Source of the DNA: Lama guanicoe
Lineage: Eukaryota
NCBI GenBank assembly: GCA_013239625.1
Contig: MU054187.1
Location: forward strand, 4,599,757-4,663,756
Reading direction: 5' to 3'
Length of the DNA: 64,000 bases
The notes beneath the pieces are model-generated. The model did no database searches and had not been told where the DNA came from. It was given only the letters and a program-made list of their open reading frames with translations. Positions 25,957-39,143 of this stretch are shown here, one piece after another (position 1 is the stretch's first letter; each line of letters starts with the position of its first letter). Made by a program: the position numbers and the translations under genes.

Positions 25957-26045
25957 CTGAGCACATGCATAATGAACTGAGACTGGCCCAGGGAAGAAGG
26001 TGTCAGGATGAATCACACTGGCGTTTAAAGCTTCTCCTTGGTAAC
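25957..26045 (-). CDS. Candidate exon (89 nt, phase 1 to 0): YQGEALNASVIHPDTFFPGPVSVHYACAQ
   Basis: Acceptor attccaatccag, donor CAG|gtaaat, open frame. Confidence 0.7.
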
Positions 26046-26089
26046 CTGGATTGGAATATGCAGGATGAATATAGAACTTCCACTTCCAT

Positions 26090-28250
26090 CCTTGATAGAC
26101 CAGTTAGGAGATCTGCCCTCCCACCAAAAGCAATTATAGAACTAGACAAAATGAATGAGGTAATTGCTTTCAGGCACTGAAAAAAAGGAAGCACAGAACT
26201 ATAGTCCTTGAGGGAAGGAAAAACACAAAATTAAGCTTTGTGATAACCCCAATTTTCACCACTTTTGCCCCAATTTTTTTTTTCAAATTCCTTCTGTGGC
26301 AGGGAAGAGGAGCCCAAGCAAACAAAACAGTAGTCTCAGTGAGCTGAGATGAACAGAATGGAGCCCGGGACTGCTTAGACAGCTGGAATCTGCAGAGCAG
26401 GATATTAGAGAAGTGGGGAAAGCACAGAGGCTCTCCCTATAAATCTGCATAAACCCTGAGTTCTTGGCCGAGGGCTGTGCTACGCATCTGCAGAGTGCAT
26501 CTGCAAGGCAAGACTCTAAAAAGCCTAGCAAAGACTGTGCACCTTATGGCTGAGACCTTTACGATGATGACATCAAAGAGGCATTAGAGTTCCAGTCCAA
26601 GCAGAGGAGTTTGCTCACTAAGCAGTCACATCCCTGAGTAAGAGCCATGCCCTAGGACTAAGTCCAAAACCAAAGAGATTCTCCTAATAAAGAATATAAA
26701 GAAGGTCAATAGGACTCACCATTAATTTAACTGGCTGTCAAAGCAAAACTCAATTATCCTTTCAAGGAAGATATTATAATCCATACTCTATACATACATC
26801 ACCCATACTGTATAGTATACAATAAAAAATACTGACATATAAGGAGGCAGAAATGAATGACTCATACTCTAGGAAAAAAGTAAATTAATAGAAAAAGATC
26901 TAGTCACGATCCAGATGTAATTACAGTTATGTTCAAGGGCCTAAAGGAAAAGATGGTCACAATGAATCCACTGATAGCAGAAATCAGCAGAGAAACAAGA
27001 TCTATGAAAAATGGAAATTATAAAATTGAAAAAATACAATTATTTGATACTAAAACCTCACTGAATGTGTTTAAAAGCAAATTGTGAACAGCAAAAGTAA
27101 GTGTTTAAATGTATAGATAGATCAATAGAACTTCTGTAATACCAAGATCAGAAATAAAGAAAATTGGGGAAATTAATTATAAACTCATGACCTGTGGGAT
27201 GACATCAAGCAGTCTAAATGCAATTGGAGTTCCAGAAAGAGAAAGGAGGAAAAAATGAGGCAGAAAAAATATCTGAAGAAATAAAAGTCAAAAATCACCT
27301 GTGTTTGATAAAAAATATTTATAAAATTATAGATCTAAAAAGCTAAGACACACTAAGCAAGATAAAGATAAAAACAACATGCCTAGGCACTCCATGGTCA
27401 AGGTCCTGAACACAAAATAAAGAGTCTTAAAGGTATTCTAGGGGAAAAAAGATAGCTTTTATAAGAAAAATAAAAATAAGAATGTACACAGAGTTTTCAT
27501 CAGAAATGATGAAAGTCAGAAGACAGTGAAATTATCTTTAAAGTGCTCTGAAAAAAACCTGCTAATCTAGAGATCAATGCCATAAAAAGTATCCCTTAAA
27601 AATAAAGATGAAAATAAAAATACTATCAGAAAGAAATCAGCTGAAAAAAGTTAATCCCTAGCCGACTTGCACTGCAAGAATAAAAACAAAAAAATTTAAA
27701 AAAAAACTACGACCTTCACAAAGAATGCAGAATACTGGAAATGGTAAATATATGGGTAAATATAAGCTAATTTCCTTTTCTTTCAGTATCTCTAAAAGAT
27801 AATTGATTAAATAATAATAATATAGTGGGATATATAATATATGTAGAATTATAATGTATGGCAAAAATAGCAAAGTGGATACAATAGGTAAAATAAAAGT
27901 ATAATGCTTTACAATGTACTCACATTCTATGTGACATGATGTACCCAAAGCTGGATGATAATAAGTTAATGATGCTTAATTTAAGGCTTAGAGCAACCAG
28001 TTAAATAAAACAGAGAGATATAGCTAATAAGCTAATAGAGGAAATAAAATCTATTACTACAACACGTAACTAATCTAAAAGATGGGAATAAAGAGAAAAA
28101 CTCAAAGATCAGATGAGAGAAACAGAAAATAAACTAGCAGGATGACAGACATAACTCTAGCCACATTAATAACTAACTTAAAAGGGCCTAACACTCCAGG
28201 AAAAAGGCAGAGATTGTCAAATTGTCTTCAAACGAAGAAGGAAATGTATC
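26090..28250 (+). mobile_element. Old L1 5'UTR/ORF1 to early ORF2 remnant
   Basis: A-rich; phrases such as gacctgtgggatgacatcaagcagtctaa and aggcagagattgtcaaattg; approximate. Confidence 0.75.
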
Positions 28251-28881
28251 TAAGCAGAAAAATGTTATTATATCACATGCATTATATGTATGTATCTGTG
28301 GAAGGTGGTGTCACTTGTACTTAAATTTGACCCTGACCTTCTCTGCAGGCTGTTTTTCTTTTTGCTCATCTCCAAGTGTGCTGTGAGATAGGTTTAGTTT
28401 CTGACATCATCATTAATGCACCTGTTGATGTAATCATACGACAGACTACTAATCCAACATTACTGATGAAGAAACCGAAATTCAAGAAAAATTTACTTTG
28501 TACATTCACAGTGCCAGTTCTTAAAGTAGCCACACCAATTTTTTAAGTACATACAGACAGCATGTTAATCAAAACAGCAAGATGTGAGGTTTGGCCTCAA
28601 GTAGGCAAATCTTAAATAACCTATACAGTTGCATGGAGCGTTCTGCTCAGTGCCCTAGTACATCAAAACCAATTCCTTTGTCATTGTTCTTATGATTTTA
28701 AAGTTTGGTGAAGGAGGTAATTTGGCCTGAAAAAAATTTGTCATCATGGATTCAAAAGACAAAAACAAATTACTACTATTAATAGCTAACATCTACTGAG
28801 CATTTACTGAATGTTAAGCCCCGTTCTAAGTGCTTAACCTATAATATCTTATTTGTACTAAAAGGGGGAAAAAAAGCTCAC

Positions 28882-28927
28882 TGGAAAGGTGAGCTTTAGA
28901 GTGATTCACTGACTTGGCCACGATCAC
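28882..28927 (-). CDS. Candidate exon (46 nt, phase 0 to 1): VIVAKSVNHSKAHLS
   Basis: Acceptor cacctcag, donor CCA|gtgagc; bridges the phases of both neighbours. Confidence 0.55.
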
Positions 28928-29274
28928 CTGAGGTGATCACTGGAGGGAGAGCCTGAGTAATTGTAAATTCAGAATATCCAAAACCAGCGCCTGTGCAGTT
29001 TATAGCTTCATCTTCACTCTTACTGTTCCCCATATGCCTCTTTCCTCTTTGGAAAGGGTTCCCATGACTATGACTTGCCAAAATATGCAGATTGTGAGAC
29101 TAATCAGTTAGGTCTCAGCAAAAAGGAAAATGACTATCACTTGGAGATTGAAATCAGGCTAAGAAGTCGATCATGTGTGGTTCTAACGGGGCCTCTTCTG
29201 CCAAACTTAGCCACGGGTGACAATGCAAAACACCTCGGTGAGAAATGAGGAGGGGATGTGGAAGTAGAACTTGC

Positions 29275-29536
29275 CCAGCTACAGGGCATCAGTTTTGGCA
29301 GCTTGATCTCTAATGTGAGCTCTGCGTATCGAAGGAGTGAATTCGCTGTGACAGAAGTGTTTTCTGTCACTTGTGTGCTGGACAAAAGTCCATCAACCCT
29401 GCTTGCCAACAGAATGCCTCTGACAAGGTCATCAGGAAAGTCACCCTTAAGTGACTGGGCACAGACGGTTATTACACAAGCACTCGTGGCTGGATGTGGA
29501 AGTGCTGAAGGCTGGTGGACGTTGAACAGTGGTAGA
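29275..29536 (-). CDS. Candidate exon (262 nt, phase 2 to 0): LPLFNVHQPSALPHPATSACVITVCAQSLKGDFPDDLVRGILLASRVDGLL...LLRYAELTLEIKLPKLMPCSW
   Basis: Long open frame in unique sequence; weak acceptor aattccag; putative GC donor TGG|gcaagt; boundaries uncertain. Confidence 0.55.
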
Positions 29537-30329
29537 CTGGAATTTCATGCTTATAAATAGAAAATAGCACCATGTTTGTCCTGTTGTGCAATCATTTTAT
29601 TGCCAACAAAATACAGTTTATCACCAGCAGAATACAGACTATGCTTGGAGAAGAATGAGAATTGCAATTATAATTTCTTGCTACTGAGTAGACTTTGATG
29701 TTTCTGTCTTAGGGACTCAAACTAATGATCACACAGCTGTGCTCTGAATTAACACAGGTACAAAATTATCACATTTCCTTCACAGTTACATGATCACTGG
29801 GCCAGTAAGTGAAGCAAAGATATGCTATGTAATTAATTTATAAACATGTGTGATTCAAGTCTAGGAATATTATTTGCTCATCATAAGAGAGCTTAAGGTC
29901 TCTGAGCAAAAATAATCACTTGAATTATATGACTACACACATCACAAGTTGGAGAGGTATAATGACTGGGCAATTCTCTAGTATTTCAGCAGAGTTGACT
30001 ACATGCAACTTTTAGGAAAAATACGTGGCTGTATGACAAATAGCAGTTTTTCAAGTTTACTTTAGGGAAGAAAAAGGGTCTTTTGGTATCTATTAAGTGG
30101 CTAGTCTTCCAGCTTACTGACTTTTGTTACTCAAGAGAATCTAGTGTGAATTTATTCTTGGAGAGATGTAAGAAGAGTCTAGAACTAAGTAACTTAGGGA
30201 TTTCTTCTTCCTATTATTCTCCAAGTCTGGCTCTCCTAAAAGCAGGGTGAAACATTGCTCATTAGTTAACAAACTGATGCTATAAGAAAATATTTAGGAA
30301 AAAAAGAATCAGAATGGCATTTCACAGAC

Positions 30330-32087
30330 AATTTATTTTTCAACAGCTTCATTGCAGAATAATTTCCATACCACAAAATTCACTCACTGTAAGGGTATAA
30401 TTCAATTATTTTTAATAAATGTGGAGAGCTGTGCAACTGTCACCACAGTCCAGTTTTGGATCATTTCTATTATACAAAAAACCTTCCCTCCCACCACCAG
30501 TCCCGCGCAGCCACTGACGTGCTCTCTCCATATATGCACTTGCTTTCTCTGGGAAATTTATAAAAATGTGATCGATGTTATATAGTCTTCTGTTTCTAGA
30601 TTCTTTTACATGGTATAAAGTTTTTGAGGTTCATCCATGTTCTTTCCTTTTTAGTGGTGAATAGAATTCCACTGTATAACACCGTATTTTATTTATCTAG
30701 TAACCAGTTGATAGACATCTGAATTGTCTCCAATTTGAGGCAATTCTGAATAGTGCTTCTTTGAACATGATCCAAGCCTTTGCATGATTAGTCTGCAGCT
30801 CTGCTGGGCAGACACCTAGAAGTGTAATTGCTGGGCTGTGTGGTAAATTCACGTTTAATTTTCCAGGAATATACCAAACTGTTTTCCAATGTGGCTGTAC
30901 AATTTTCCATGCCCACCAACAATGTATGAAAGTTTTATATTTTCACATTTTCATCAATTGTTGGTATTGTCAGTCTTTCCTATTGTAGCCATTTGTACAG
31001 GTGTTTGATGGCATCACACTGCAGTTCAAAAATGCATTTCCCTAACGACAATGGTAAGCATCTTTTCACGTGCTTTTCCACCATTCATATCTCCTGTTGT
31101 AAACTATCTGTTCAAGGTGTGGGTATAGCTCAGTGGTAGAGCACATGCTTAGCATGCATGAGGTCCTGGGTTCAATCCCCAGTGCCTCTGTCAAGGGGGA
31201 AAAACATATATATATAAAATAAAAATCTGTTCATATATTTTTCCCTTTTAAAATTAGATTCTGTTTTGAAATGGTGAGCATGAATATACTTTTCTTTATA
31301 TACTTAGATTCATATTTTTTTTTAACTTCTGTGACACAGTGGAATAGACCCCTTCCAAGGAGACAGGTATTTTCCAGATGAGTGACATGTGTTGGTGTAC
31401 TTGAGAGTTCACTTTTCTCTGATAGAGTTTATCACTTTAAACTGTTAAGAAGCTCATGTATGAGAGAACTTTGCCCTATATGCTGTAGGGCAGATTCATA
31501 TTTATTTGATAAATAAATAGACAAATATTTTCTCCCAGTCTGTGGCTTGTCTTTTCATTTTCTTCATGGGGCCCTTTGTTTTAATTTTTTTTAATTTTAT
31601 TGAAGTGTAATTGACCTACAACACTTTGTTAGTTCCAGGTACACAATACAGTGATTCAGTATTTCTATAGATTACAAAATGACCATCATGATAAGTCCAG
31701 TTACCATCTGTCACCATACAAAGTTATTACAATATTATTGATGCTATTTTTCCCTGCTGTACTCATGGGGCCTTTCAAAGAGAAAAATTTTTGCTGTTAA
31801 TGAAGTGTAAGTTCCTTTTTCCTGTTTATGGGTTGTGCCTCTGATGTCATAAGCTATCTTTGCTTAACTCTAGGCCACAAAGATTTTCTCCTAGAAGTTT
31901 CATTCTTTTAGCTCTTCCATTTAGATCTAGGCTCCATTCTGAGTTCATTTTTCTTTATGATGTGAGATCAGAGTCTAAGTTCATTTTTTTGCATATGTAC
32001 ATCTAATTGTCCCAGATCCAACTGCTGAAAATACAACCTTTAACTCATTGAATTGTCTTTACGTACTTCTCAAAAATCAATTGACCA
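30330..32087 (-). mobile_element. Old L1 3' part with nested SINE and nested younger L1 fragment (~31580-31760)
   Basis: Antisense L1 sequence; nested fragment flanked by tcatggggcc on both sides. Confidence 0.8.
31116..31224 (+). mobile_element. tRNA-derived SINE (camelid type)
   Basis: A/B boxes gggtatagctcagtggtagagc...gggttcaatcccc, A-rich tail, TSD atctgttca. Confidence 0.9.
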
Positions 32088-33040
32088 GCCCTAGAACAGC
32101 TAAAATAACTTTGGGGAAAAAGAAAGAATCAAGTGCGAAGAATGAAAGCACCCATTGTTAAGGCCCAGTACACAGCTATAGTCATTAAAACAGTATGTGT
32201 TAGTAGAGCCACCAAGGAAATGCAAACCAAAACAACAGTGAGACACCACTACACACCCTTCAGAATGGCTACAATAAGAAATGGTGACAAAACCAAACAC
32301 CGACAAGGACGTAGAGAAACTGGACCACTTGTATGCTACTGGTGGGGTTGTACAATGGTACAGCCACTCTGGAAAATAGTTTGCTGGTTCCTTTAAAAAA
32401 AAACTAAACATGCAACTGCCATAAACCCATCAATTTCACTTGGACATTTGTCCCCAAAAATGAAAACTTATGTTCACTCAAAAACGTGTACACAATTGTT
32501 CTTGCAAAATTTTTTGTAATAACCAAAAAATGGAGACAACCAAAATGTCCTTCAACAAGTGACTGGCTAAGCAAATTGTTGGTACATGCATTCCACTGAA
32601 TACTACTCAGCAATAAAAAGGAAAAACTACTGGTACACTCAACAACTTAAATGAATCTCCAGAGAATTATACTGAGTGAAAACATTCAATTCCAAAATGT
32701 CATATATATGATTTCATGTATACAGCATTCTTGCAATGACAAAATGATAAAAATGGAGAACAGATGAGTCATTGCCAGAGGTCAGGAATGAAGACAGAGA
32801 AGTGGGTGCAGCTATAAAAGGGCAACGAGAGATCTTTGTGGTGATGGAAATGTTCTATATCTTGACTGCATCAGTGTCAGTATCCTGGCTATGATGTTCT
32901 ACCATAGGTTTTGAAAATGTAACCTTTGGGGAAAACTGAGTAAAGAGTGCTTAGGTCCTCTCTGTATTATTCATTGCAACTACCTGTGAATCTATGGTAG
33001 AACCTACAATTATCTCAAAGTTTAAAAGTTTAATTATTAA
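32088..33040 (+). mobile_element. L1 3' end with internal deletion, head-to-head with the antisense L1
   Basis: Remnant KEMQTKTTVRHHYTPFRMA plus L1M-type 3'UTR. Confidence 0.82.
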
Positions 33041-33052
33041 AAAATTAATTCT

Positions 33053-33166
33053 GGGGGAGGGTATAGCTCAGTAGTAGAGTGTGTGCTTAGCATGCATGAG
33101 ATCCTGGGTTCGATCCCCAGTCCCTCCATTAAAAATAAACCTAATTCCCCACCAAAAATTTAAAAA
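33053..33166 (+). mobile_element. tRNA-derived SINE (camelid type)
   Basis: ggggagggtatagctcagtagtagag...gggttcgatcccc; TSD aaaaattaattctg. Confidence 0.9.
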
Positions 33167-34139
33167 AAAATTAATTCTGTGACTCTTTGAATTTTAAGCT
33201 CTCCCTGTTAAATTTCTATACAGTCTACCAGTCTGTGGCTCCCCCAGCCAGGACTGCAACCTGGGGTCTGCCCTGTTCATTTCCTACCTCGTTTGCTACT
33301 TTTACTGGCAACACCACTGAGTGTGGATTTTTCTCCTTCCACTGTAAATCAAACCAGCCTCCACCAGCGGAGCTGCTGGTATTCATGGTCAGCCCCATGC
33401 TTCCAGACCTGCCAGCCCTGGAGCTGGGGTGGGGGTGGGGAGGGCAGCCTTCTTAGACAAGAATGCCACAGACATTTACTGTTCAGACATGAAGTTCAGG
33501 AGTGTTTTGTCAAAAAAAATGCATCTCAATTTACTGTTTACTTTTGGTCAATTTCCAGACAATTTGTCAGTTTTTGACAACTTCATCCAGTTTTATCATT
33601 GTTTTTGTGGAAAGGATTTGCCAACCACTTCAATCGCACCTCTCCTGAAGAATGTATTTTTAATTCTCTGTTATCTCCTCATAACACCTGCTTTTATCAG
33701 CTCTTTTATTTCTCAGCTTTTGTTTCCTTAATGTTTTCTAGCCTCTCAGTTTCCATTTTCAGCTTTTTACTGTATTTCTTTAGAAAGGCTGGATGAAGGG
33801 AAGAGCATCGCCTCTGATATTATACTATAACTATAATGGCATAAATGCATATTCATACAGAAAGAGAATATGCAAAAATATTAATAATACTCATATTACG
33901 GTGTGTGACTGTGGGTGATTTCTTCCTAATGTTACTAATGTGACTATGTTAGTCCTGTTGATAATGGTGATTACTGGGATCAAGACATTCTAAACTGTGG
34001 TTTCCCTGGAAAGATGGAAGGAGTAATAGCAACTTGGCTGAAAGCTGAGTCCCGTGGACACAGAAGTCAAGTCTGCCAGTGGTTACCAGCGAACCCTTAT
34101 GGAGTTCAATCGGGTTCCCCACATTTCCTTTTCCTGAAG

Positions 34140-34232
34140 TTTTTTTTTTTTCCCCAGTGGTCCTGGGGATTGAACCCAGGACCTCATGCAGGCTAAGCAC
34201 GCACTCTACCACTGAGCCATATCCACTCCCAG
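34140..34232 (-). mobile_element. tRNA-derived SINE (camelid type)
   Basis: Reverse complement of the same SINE, poly-T at 34140, flanking repeat tttccttttc. Confidence 0.9.
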
Positions 34233-34931
34233 CCACGTTTCCTTTTCTAACTAAAAAGAAAACCTAAGGGAAGTTCTCCTGGGTCTTTGCCAGTTGTGGG
34301 GCGAGCAGAAGGTGACACCCAGAAGGCTGATATCAAGGCCTGGTGGTTTGGGGGAGCTGGTATTCACTCAGGACACAGTGCTCGCTGGGAGAAGCAAGAA
34401 CACTGTGGCATTTCATGAGAGATTGAGCAAACTGAGGACAGCAGTGCTGAGTAACTCAGGATCTAGAAGTAACTTAAAACAGCTGGAGGATACCTACTGC
34501 CTGAGCTGCAGACAGAGATGTGGCAGCTGACATCTCAGTGTGCACCACCCCAGCCTGAGCACAGCACAAGGGCGTTCTCATCTGGGGGAAGACAGCCGGG
34601 AAAAGTCATAGCACACTGGGACGTACATCAGAAATTTAGCCCCACGGTAGACAGGCTATAATGTGAGACAAATGTTTTCTGTACCTAAATTCCACATTTG
34701 CTACCAGTTCAAAGGGGTTAATAGGTAATGCATTTCATGTTAGCTTTCATGGTCCTATTTTACCATCAACTCATCTTATTTGCTTATGATTGCAACACTG
34801 TTGACTCATCTTCCCAGGAAACAAGAACACAAGGGATTCCTGAAAATTGAAACAACTCAAAAGAAAAGCCGTACTATGTATTCTAAATATGTCACTCATT
34901 AGCCCTTTCAGATAATGACAGATAATCTTAC

Positions 34932-34995
34932 ATTTTAGTTATGCGGTAATTAATGATATCATGGGGGAGTGGACACCCAGAGTACCCCAAACCGT
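34932..34995 (-). CDS. Candidate exon (64 nt, phase 1 to 2): GLGYSGCPLPHDIINYRITK
   Basis: Acceptor cttcttttattatatccttgcaag, donor AAT|gtaaga. Confidence 0.55.
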
Positions 34996-35139
34996 CTTGC
35001 AAGGATATAATAAAAGAAGATACATTGAGCGAAAAAAACAGTGGATGGATCAGTAAGAACTTCCCCACTGCTGCCCTGCAAAACTCAGAGAACAGGCAAT
35101 TTTGATTGTGGATCATCTTTTTATCTGAAAAGACAGTTA

Positions 35140-35590
35140 ATTCTTTTTTTATTCTTTTTCACATTCTTTTCCATTATGGTTTATTACAGGATATTAAATA
35201 TAGTTCCCTGTGCTATACAGTAGGACCTTGTTGTTTATCTAAGTTTATATACAGTATCTGCTAACCCCAAAGTCCTAATTTATCCCTCCCTGACCCCCTT
35301 CTCTCTTTGGTAACCATAGTTTGTTTTCCATGTCTGTGAGTCTGTTTATGTTTTGTGAATAAGTTCATATGTGCCATTTTTTTAGATTCTACATATAAGA
35401 GATTATCACATGGTATTTGTCTTTCTCTTCCTGGCTTACTTCGCTTAGTATTATAATCACTTGGTCCATCCATGTTGCTGAAAATGTCATTATTTCATTC
35501 TTTTTATGATTGAGTAATATCCCATCATATATAGATACCACATCTTCTTTACCTTTTCATCTGTCGATGGACTCTTAGGTTGCTTCCATG
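35140..35590 (-). mobile_element. L1 3' end fragment
   Basis: Reverse complement of the 3'UTR seen at 3300-3750. Confidence 0.88.
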
Positions 35591-36808
35591 GACAGACTTC
35601 AAAATCCAAATATGCTTGTCATGGATTTTCCCCAAACAGGAAGAGGTTATTCCCTTCTGCTCTGGTGGGTGAGTTGGTCCTGGGTGGGTCCTGAAACATG
35701 TCAGGGCACAGCCCCAGCCTTCCTGGGAGAGGAGGAGGCTGTCCCAAGGCTCTTCCGTGCTTTGGGGAGCCTTGCCACAGCGGGCTTTGCTCCCACACTC
35801 TTCCTCCCCCTTAGAGCCGTGATGCCTGGGTCCAATCCCTCTTTTCTCACTTAAACACTTTTCCAATGGTTGTTCAGAGATGCTTTGTGCTTTTTGAGCC
35901 CTCATTTTTATTCTGAATGTGCTCTATCTATTTAGAAAGTTCACTTTCATTTCCCTTGGGCTCCAAGAACCAATTATGTTTATATGGACACAATTTTTAT
36001 TAATGATAAAGTCATCTTAACTATAGGTTGAACACAATCACGGTGTTTCTGGCAAACATTTTAGGGCTGTGCTAGGCTTCTGGCTTCCATGGGCTCTGAT
36101 GTGCAGCTGTGGCACAGGACACCTACCAAATCTGTCCATAACAACCACTTCAACATCCAGGAATGTGTTAAAATGCTCAGCCTGTGTTCCAACTCTGACC
36201 CTTCCAAAACACATATCTCCCTATGGCCTAGTGTTGGTGCAGTACTTAATTATCTTTCTTCCTTCTGTGCCATCATATACATGGAGCGCACATGCAGGCA
36301 CAGACACACCTTCACGTAAGTCACAGTCCATGTGTGGAACTGTTTGCTTGTTTCCAAACATGTTGGGGCTCCTTCTATCCAGCCCTTTGCCTTTTCTCCT
36401 CCTTTTAGCTTGTACTTATTCCTTAGGCCTGATGCTCAGCACTCTCCCTGCTGTCTAACTACATCTCACACTTATCCTCATATTTCAGCACCTGCCAGGT
36501 GCCAAGGAAAACTGCCCTTCTCTGGCAGAGGTGATAGAGGGGCTAGTGCTGGATGAGACTTTAGGGAGTAAAATTTGGTTAACATAAACAGAAGTTTGTT
36601 TAAAACATTATCTCTGTAACTTCCAAATTTATAAAAGACAGAGTAGGGAACAACAATTCTTATTCAAAGCATTTTTTCAGTTACAAAAGAATTCACAGAA
36701 TGTTCCTCATGTATTTTAAGCATAATTTAACAAAAATTTAGTTTATATGAAATTTTTCAGGTATACACTGTGTGAAGTAGTACATTTCTATTATTGTATC
36801 CTTCAAAA

Positions 36809-36842
<34 letters not shown>
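36809..36842. repeat. (TAT)n microsatellite
   Basis: About 11 units seen directly. Confidence 0.95.
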
Positions 36843-37074
36843 TACATTGAGTGGTAAATGATGTTGGCCTTGACACATATAGCATGGTGAAATCTATATT
36901 ACACTAAATAGAATGTTTGGCTATTTTTTAATTGTAGAATTAATTTTCTTCTAGAAATGAATAGATATGAATTTTCTCTTCTCTCATCTCAAATGGAAAT
37001 TTCTGGGATGAAGTGGAAAATTATATCCAGTAGTTTAGAGAGTTTGGGGATAAATAATTAGAACAAAATGTCTT

Positions 37075-37178
37075 CTCAGATACATGCACTCCAATATTCA
37101 TAGCAGCACTATTCACAACAACCAAAACATGGAAACAACCTAAGTGTCCATCAACAGATGATTGGATAAAGAAGTCAT

Positions 37179-37213
<35 letters not shown>

Positions 37214-37700
37214 ACACCCATATATATACAATGGAATACTACTCAGCCATAAAAAGAACAAACTATTCCATTTGCAGCAACATGGATAGACATGGAGACT
37301 GTCATTCTAAGTGAAATAAGCCAGAAAGAGAAAGAAAATTACCATATGATATCATTTATATGTAGGAATCCAAAAAAAATGACACAAATGAACTTATTTA
37401 CAAAACAGAAACAGACTCACAAACACAGAAAACAAATGTATGGTTACCAGGGAGAAAAGGGGGTGGGAAGGGATAAATTGGGAGCTCGAGATTTGCAGAT
37501 ACTAACTATTATATATAAAATAGATAAGCAAATTTATACTGTACAGCCCAGGGAACTCTATTCAATACCTTGTAGTAACCGATAGTGAAAATATGAAAAG
37601 GAACCTATGTACATACATGCACGAGTGAAGCATTTTGCTGGACACCAGAAATTGATGCAACATTGTAAACTGACTCTACTTTAATTTAAAAAAAAAAAAA
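37075..37700 (+). mobile_element. L1 3' end with poly-A and internal (TG)n at ~37182-37211
   Basis: METVILSEISQKEK remnant; poly-A at 37688-37700. Confidence 0.9.
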
Positions 37701-38989
37701 GGAAAACCCAGTGGATTTGGAAGTCTGTCCTGACCAACCTAGCTCAAGTTGTCCCCACTCCACTCACCATCTTGTCCTCTTTTTAATTATTTTTAATGCC
37801 CATATTATTACCTGAAAATGTGGATTTGTGTTGCAGGTTTCTTACTTACATCCCTGTGGGTGATATTTATTTGCTTTGAAATGTCTTTAACTCTCCATGC
37901 CTTCATCACTTTCAAGCTCTGTGTCTGGGACTCCCTCCATAAGCAAAGCCCTGTGTGGGTAGGGACTTAGGACTTGGTCACCACTGGGACACCCAGTCTG
38001 GCATGTACTCGGTGCTCAAAAATTATCTGAGAAATGAATAAATTCTATCAATGCCTGGGTGGGTTTCTCCTAGTAGGATTCTGTTTTCTATGCCTTCTTT
38101 CAAAAGTTCAAAAGACTTTTTGTTTGTTTTGGTTTTTTTTTCAAATAAAAGGAAAAGATCAAATAGAACAAGAATAAAAGCAGGCTATTCTAGCAGACTT
38201 AGACGGTGACATCACAGGAAACAATCAATACTCATTTATTTTAATAGGGCCCATTACGCTGTTGACTCTACGTTGGAACAAAAGATCCGACAGTAGACAC
38301 ACAAGTTCAGGTCTGCAGGGCACGTTTGCAGTGTGTGTGAGAGGGAAAAGCTTGACATTTTCTTGCATCCTGATAGAAAGTGGGCTAAATTTTGAAAATG
38401 TAACTTCACAAATAAAATATCCAAACTTCTTAAACCGTTTCGTGCTTCCTAAAGCAGAAACGGGAGGCAAATGGAGGAAACACAACTTAATCTCTGTACA
38501 GAGCTCACTGGCCAGTGAGGTTTGGCTTCTGGGAATCCTGACGTCTGAACAAAGGTCCACATCCAGCAACCTGCGGTCCTCCCCACTCCCATGAGGACAT
38601 GAAGATAAGACGCTGTTAAATGCATATTATTTATAAGCCAGGATGGTACTTTTCTTACAAAAGACATCAATGTGGTTATTTTATTATGGCCACATAATTA
38701 CTGAAATTCAGAAATGGAACTTAGAGTTTATCTCTGCCAGTTCTTCAACCCTGCCTCTAAATTAAAATCAACTGAGGATTCTTGAAAATGGCCGGGGCTC
38801 CACTCCAGAGATGCTATTTAATTATTCTGGGGTGGGGATCAGCGTAATGTATAGTCAAGGCTGAGGACCACTGTCCTTCCCCATTACTAATTTCTCTGGG
38901 ACACACAGAAACGTTCTGACTCTGCTTGACCATCGCTGAGAAGAGCAAACCTGCATGGCACATTGACTCTATTTCCAGACAACTCTCAC

Positions 38990-39143
38990 CATTAGAACAC
39001 TCTGTCTTCTGCGTAACTGAAGTTTTCCTCCCCCATTGGTACTGGTGCCATCTCCCGTAGCATCCTCTTGCTCCCCTCCACGTGACAGAGCCTGAGCCCA
39101 GTATCCATGCTTTGCTGATTCAGCGAACTGTCCCACGCCTGCC
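38990..39143 (-). pseudogene. Candidate exon (154 nt); the frame fitting both neighbours (phase 0 to 1) has a TGA at codon 8
   Basis: Weak acceptor aataacag, donor ATG|gtgaga; length mod 3 fits the flanking exons. Confidence 0.35.

Noticed and set aside
31116..31195. tRNA-Ala-like gene
   Set aside because: One of five diverged copies with A-rich tails and TSDs; these are SINEs
30330..33040. Twin-priming 5' inversion of a single L1
   Set aside because: Both arms carry their own 3' ends, which fits two separate head-to-head elements better
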